Shown piece after piece: positions 7,683 through 10,335 of a stretch of DNA of 10,335 nt (the stretch's first letter is position 1; the number at the start of each line of letters is the position of its first letter). Under the pieces are notes generated by a model. That model saw nothing but the letters and a program-made list of their open reading frames with translations, made no database searches and had not been told where the DNA came from. The translations under genes and the position numbers were made by a program. Source of the stretch: Candidatus Heimdallarchaeota archaeon (GTDB taxonomy: Archaea > Asgardarchaeota > Heimdallarchaeia > Heimdallarchaeales > Heimdallarchaeaceae); contig JABCTC010000073.1 of assembly GCA_018238545.1 (NCBI GenBank), positions 1 through 10,335 of the forward strand, written 5' to 3'.

Positions 7683-8528
7683 ATGGATCAAATAGTTCGC
7701 TTCAGTAATGTATCAAAGAGATTTCAGTTATTCTGGGAGGAGATAGTCATATTTAAGGAGATTAATCTAGAGATTGATAGAAACGAACTAGTTTTATTAT
7801 ATGGTCCTAGTGGAAGTGGAAAAACAACTCTACTTAATATGCTTACAGGTCTCATGCACCCAAACGCAGGAGAAATACAAGTTGCTGGGTTATTCATAGA
7901 TTTGATTGAAGACAGAGAAAAAGCTGATTTTCGCTCAAACTACCTCGGAATAGTTTTTCAAGAAAACAACCTTGTTTCTACACTAACAGTCAGAGAAAAT
8001 ATAGTCCTCTTCCAGGAACTCTGTGGTTTTGATGGAGAGGAGGAGGAAAGGGAGAAGAAGATTGACGGATTACTAAAAAAATTAAAGATAGATAATAGGA
8101 AAGATAGTTTTCCAGCTCAGCTAAGCGGAGGAGAAAAGAAAAGAGTAGCCATAGCAAGAGCTTTGTCTAATGATCCACATATACTAATTTTAGATGAACC
8201 TACAGGAAACCTAGATCGCGAATCAGCAGATATGTTATGTGACTTAATCAACGAGATTTTTACTACAACAGATATCACAATAATTGTTGCATCTCACGAC
8301 CAGAAGATGAAAGAGATGGCATCAACAATATACAAAATAGGTTCACAAGCAGTGGTTCTGGAAGAAGACCATCCTGAAAGAAGAAAAAGGGATGATATCA
8401 AGTATAGAGCTATTGGTTCTATGGAAATGCAAGAGGAAGAAGAAGTTGAACTCAATGATGGATACTCAGAGAAAGAAGTAATGAACATGACAGAGGAAGA
8501 ACTAGACTTCATAGAAGAAGAAGAGTAA
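7683..8528 (+). CDS. ABC transporter ATP-binding protein, LolD/MacB/FtsE-like, with acidic C-terminal tail
   Basis: Walker A GPSGSGKTT, Q-loop GIVFQ, signature LSGGEKKRVAIARAL, Walker B/D-loop ILILDEPTGNLD and H-loop VASHD. Confidence 0.93.
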   Translation: MDQIVRFSNVSKRFQLFWEEIVIFKEINLEIDRNELVLLYGPSGSGKTTLLNMLTGLMHPNAGEIQVAGLFIDLIEDREKADFRSNYLGIVFQENNLVSTLTVRENIVLFQELCGFDGEEEEREKKIDGLLKKLKIDNRKDSFPAQLSGGEKKRVAIARALSNDPHILILDEPTGNLDRESADMLCDLINEIFTTTDITIIVASHDQKMKEMASTIYKIGSQAVVLEEDHPERRKRDDIKYRAIGSMEMQEEEEVELNDGYSEKEVMNMTEEELDFIEEEE

Positions 8529-8552
8529 AACTAAATGTGTGAGTGGATAGAG

Positions 8553-10335
8553 ATGATAGGACAACTGAAATTTGCTTGGATTGATTTTAGAAGATCGTTC
8601 CTAGGCTCACTATTTACCTTTATTAGCCAGATAATAACCTATTCAGCGATTACAATCAGCATTGGCTTATTCTCACTAATGAGAGCTAATCTCCAAATGT
8701 CATTAGATTATGTTTATTTTAGTTCCTACATGCTAATTACAATTTTTTTCATAGTGGTTTGTATAATAATTGGAATAATTGTAACCATCAGATCAATAGA
8801 TCTTAAGTTTCAAGGCCAAAAAGATGACATAGCTATAATGAAAAATGTAGGAGGGAAAAGTAGGTGGATATATAGCTACTTCATCTTCAATCAGATATTA
8901 ACAGCTGTAATAATGCTATTATTGGGGATAATACTAGGGTTAATCGTTCTAGTTATAACAAGCGTTTCCTTTGGCTTTGGGAGCATATTTAGCTATGTAG
9001 GATTTCTGCCAATTCTTGCAGGAAACTTGGCAATATTGGTTTCTTCATATCTTAAAGCACATTATACAATATTGAAATTCATTAGTGAAAAAGACTTTGA
9101 AATATCTTCAAGTAGTTTAAGTAACTACAAGAGCATCTTTGAATTTGATGCAGTAATAAACAAGTTTAGTTCATCAGTAAAACTAGGAGTAAAGAATTTC
9201 CTAAGATCAGGAAAGGTGCTAACGAGTCTTCTATTTAGCTTCTTTCTAATTTTCGCCTCAATTTCATTCGTTTTGGGACCATTAACAATAACTGAAACAC
9301 ATTATGTAAATATGAATAATAGATTTGAAGATTATTCTTATGTAATAGGATCACCAGATGCGATAGATTTCTTTAATCAGAGTTTACCAGTTCAAGAATA
9401 TAGTAATAGTTCCTATACTGGATTAGATAATGACCTAGAACAGTTCTATAATACTTCAATATCACCTCAACTATTAACGGAATTAGGGGAGATAGGAGTA
9501 ACGTATCAGAAGTACTTCATATCAAAACTGCAAGTACAAGAATTACCAGGGTATGAAATATTGAATGATATATACTTACCAATAGGGCAAGATCGTAAAG
9601 TATATGCTACAATAATAGGATATGAAGATATCAGTTTTGAAGAAAATGAATATATAGCAGGGACCAACCCGAACCCTTCGAAAGATGAGGTGTTGATAGG
9701 TGATTCATTAGAAGCTAAACTATTTGATAACAGCACACTTCAAAAATTAAAACTTCATGATGATTCAAATCAGTACAAAATTAGTGGGGTAGTAATAGAT
9801 AGTTTTGCAGCAGGATACAGTATCTATTGCCCATTGAGTAAATTAATCGCAGAGGGAGTTGCTAATGGGACTAATTTGCTTATGTTAGAAAATGTAGATG
9901 CAGCAGTTTATGATGAAATAAGTGAGATTTTGGAAGGATATGGATATCAAATAGTAAGTATTGAGAAGATGATCGATCAAAGTCTAGAGAGTTATGACAA
10001 CTTTACTAATATGTTTAAAGTGCTAGGAGGAGTAATGTTCGCAATATTTTCATTTCAAGTAATAGTATATTCATTCCTGTATTTCATAACATATAGAAAA
10101 GATTTCGTATTACTATACAGGCTAGGAATAAGAAAGAAAAGAATGTATGGAGCAGTTATAACGGCAATACTTCTACAAATAATTCCAGGGATAGCTTTAG
10201 GAAGCTATTTTGGAGCAATAATAGGAAGATATTTCCTTGTACCAAATGCAATATTATCAAACTTTGCAGTGATAATCATAGCAGTAATAGTGGGATTCAT
10301 ACTAATAGCAACAACTGCTTCAATCTACGCAAGTA
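8553..10335 (+). CDS. FtsX/MacB-family ABC permease with two FtsX units, 3'-partial (not in the ORF track)
   Basis: Open from ATG 8553 (alternative 8535) to the window end: MIGQLKFAWIDFRRS... It has two coupling motifs (QKDDIAIMKNVGGKSRWI; YRKDFVLLYRLGIRKKRM), a second-unit start (KLGVKNFLRS) and an extracellular domain with DEVLIGDSL and YKISGVV. It directly follows the ATPase. Confidence 0.9.
   Translation, partial: MIGQLKFAWIDFRRSFLGSLFTFISQIITYSAITISIGLFSLMRANLQMSLDYVYFSSYMLITIFFIVVCIIIGIIVTIRSIDLKFQGQKDDIAIMKNVGGKSRWIYSYFIFNQILTAVIMLLLGIILGLIVLVITSVSFGFGSIFSYVGFLPILAGNLAILVSSYLKAHYTILKFISEKDFEISSSSLSNYKSIFEFDAVINKFSSSVKLGVKNFLRSGKVLTSLLFSFFLIFASISFVLGPLTITETHYVNMNNRFEDYSYVIGSPDAIDFFNQSLPVQEYSNSSYTGLDNDLEQFYNTSISPQLLTELGEIGVTYQKYFISKLQVQELPGYEILNDIYLPIGQDRKVYATIIGYEDISFEENEYIAGTNPNPSKDEVLIGDSLEAKLFDNSTLQKLKLHDDSNQYKISGVVIDSFAAGYSIYCPLSKLIAEGVANGTNLLMLENVDAAVYDEISEILEGYGYQIVSIEKMIDQSLESYDNFTNMFKVLGGVMFAIFSFQVIVYSFLYFITYRKDFVLLYRLGIRKKRMYGAVITAILLQIIPGIALGSYFGAIIGRYFLVPNAILSNFAVIIIAVIVGFILIATTASIYAS

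Noticed and set aside
8294-9736. Minus-strand ORFs 8294-8512 and 9506-9736
   Set aside because: Ser-rich antisense mirrors of the ATPase tail and the permease.

Overview
AT-rich, archaeal-looking window (TATA/BRE-type promoters, oligo-T terminators, a class III signal peptide pilin-like gene). An Asgard/Heimdallarchaeia-like origin is my impression, not shown. Left to right: the 5' end of a divergent minus-strand gene; a truncated, frameshifted inorganic pyrophosphatase; an intact GTP-dependent PEP carboxykinase; a small membrane protein; about 0.7 kb of probably decayed coding DNA; a coiled-coil/winged-helix protein whose promoter lies inside an inverted repeat; an archaeal pilin-like protein; a 546-aa helical TPR-like protein; and a LolD/MacB-type ABC ATPase plus FtsX-type permease running off the right edge. 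The main observation is two paralogous 22-aa micro-ORFs absent from the ORF track (MMKQKYDPEDGDESITPPLWQP, 5564-5632; MKQKYNPEDGDESILPPLWLPG, 7427-7495). They flank the TPR-like gene, differ by 5 synonymous and 3 non-synonymous codons, and each is followed by a T-tract. This is a candidate archaeal peptide plus TPR-receptor system next to an ABC transporter.
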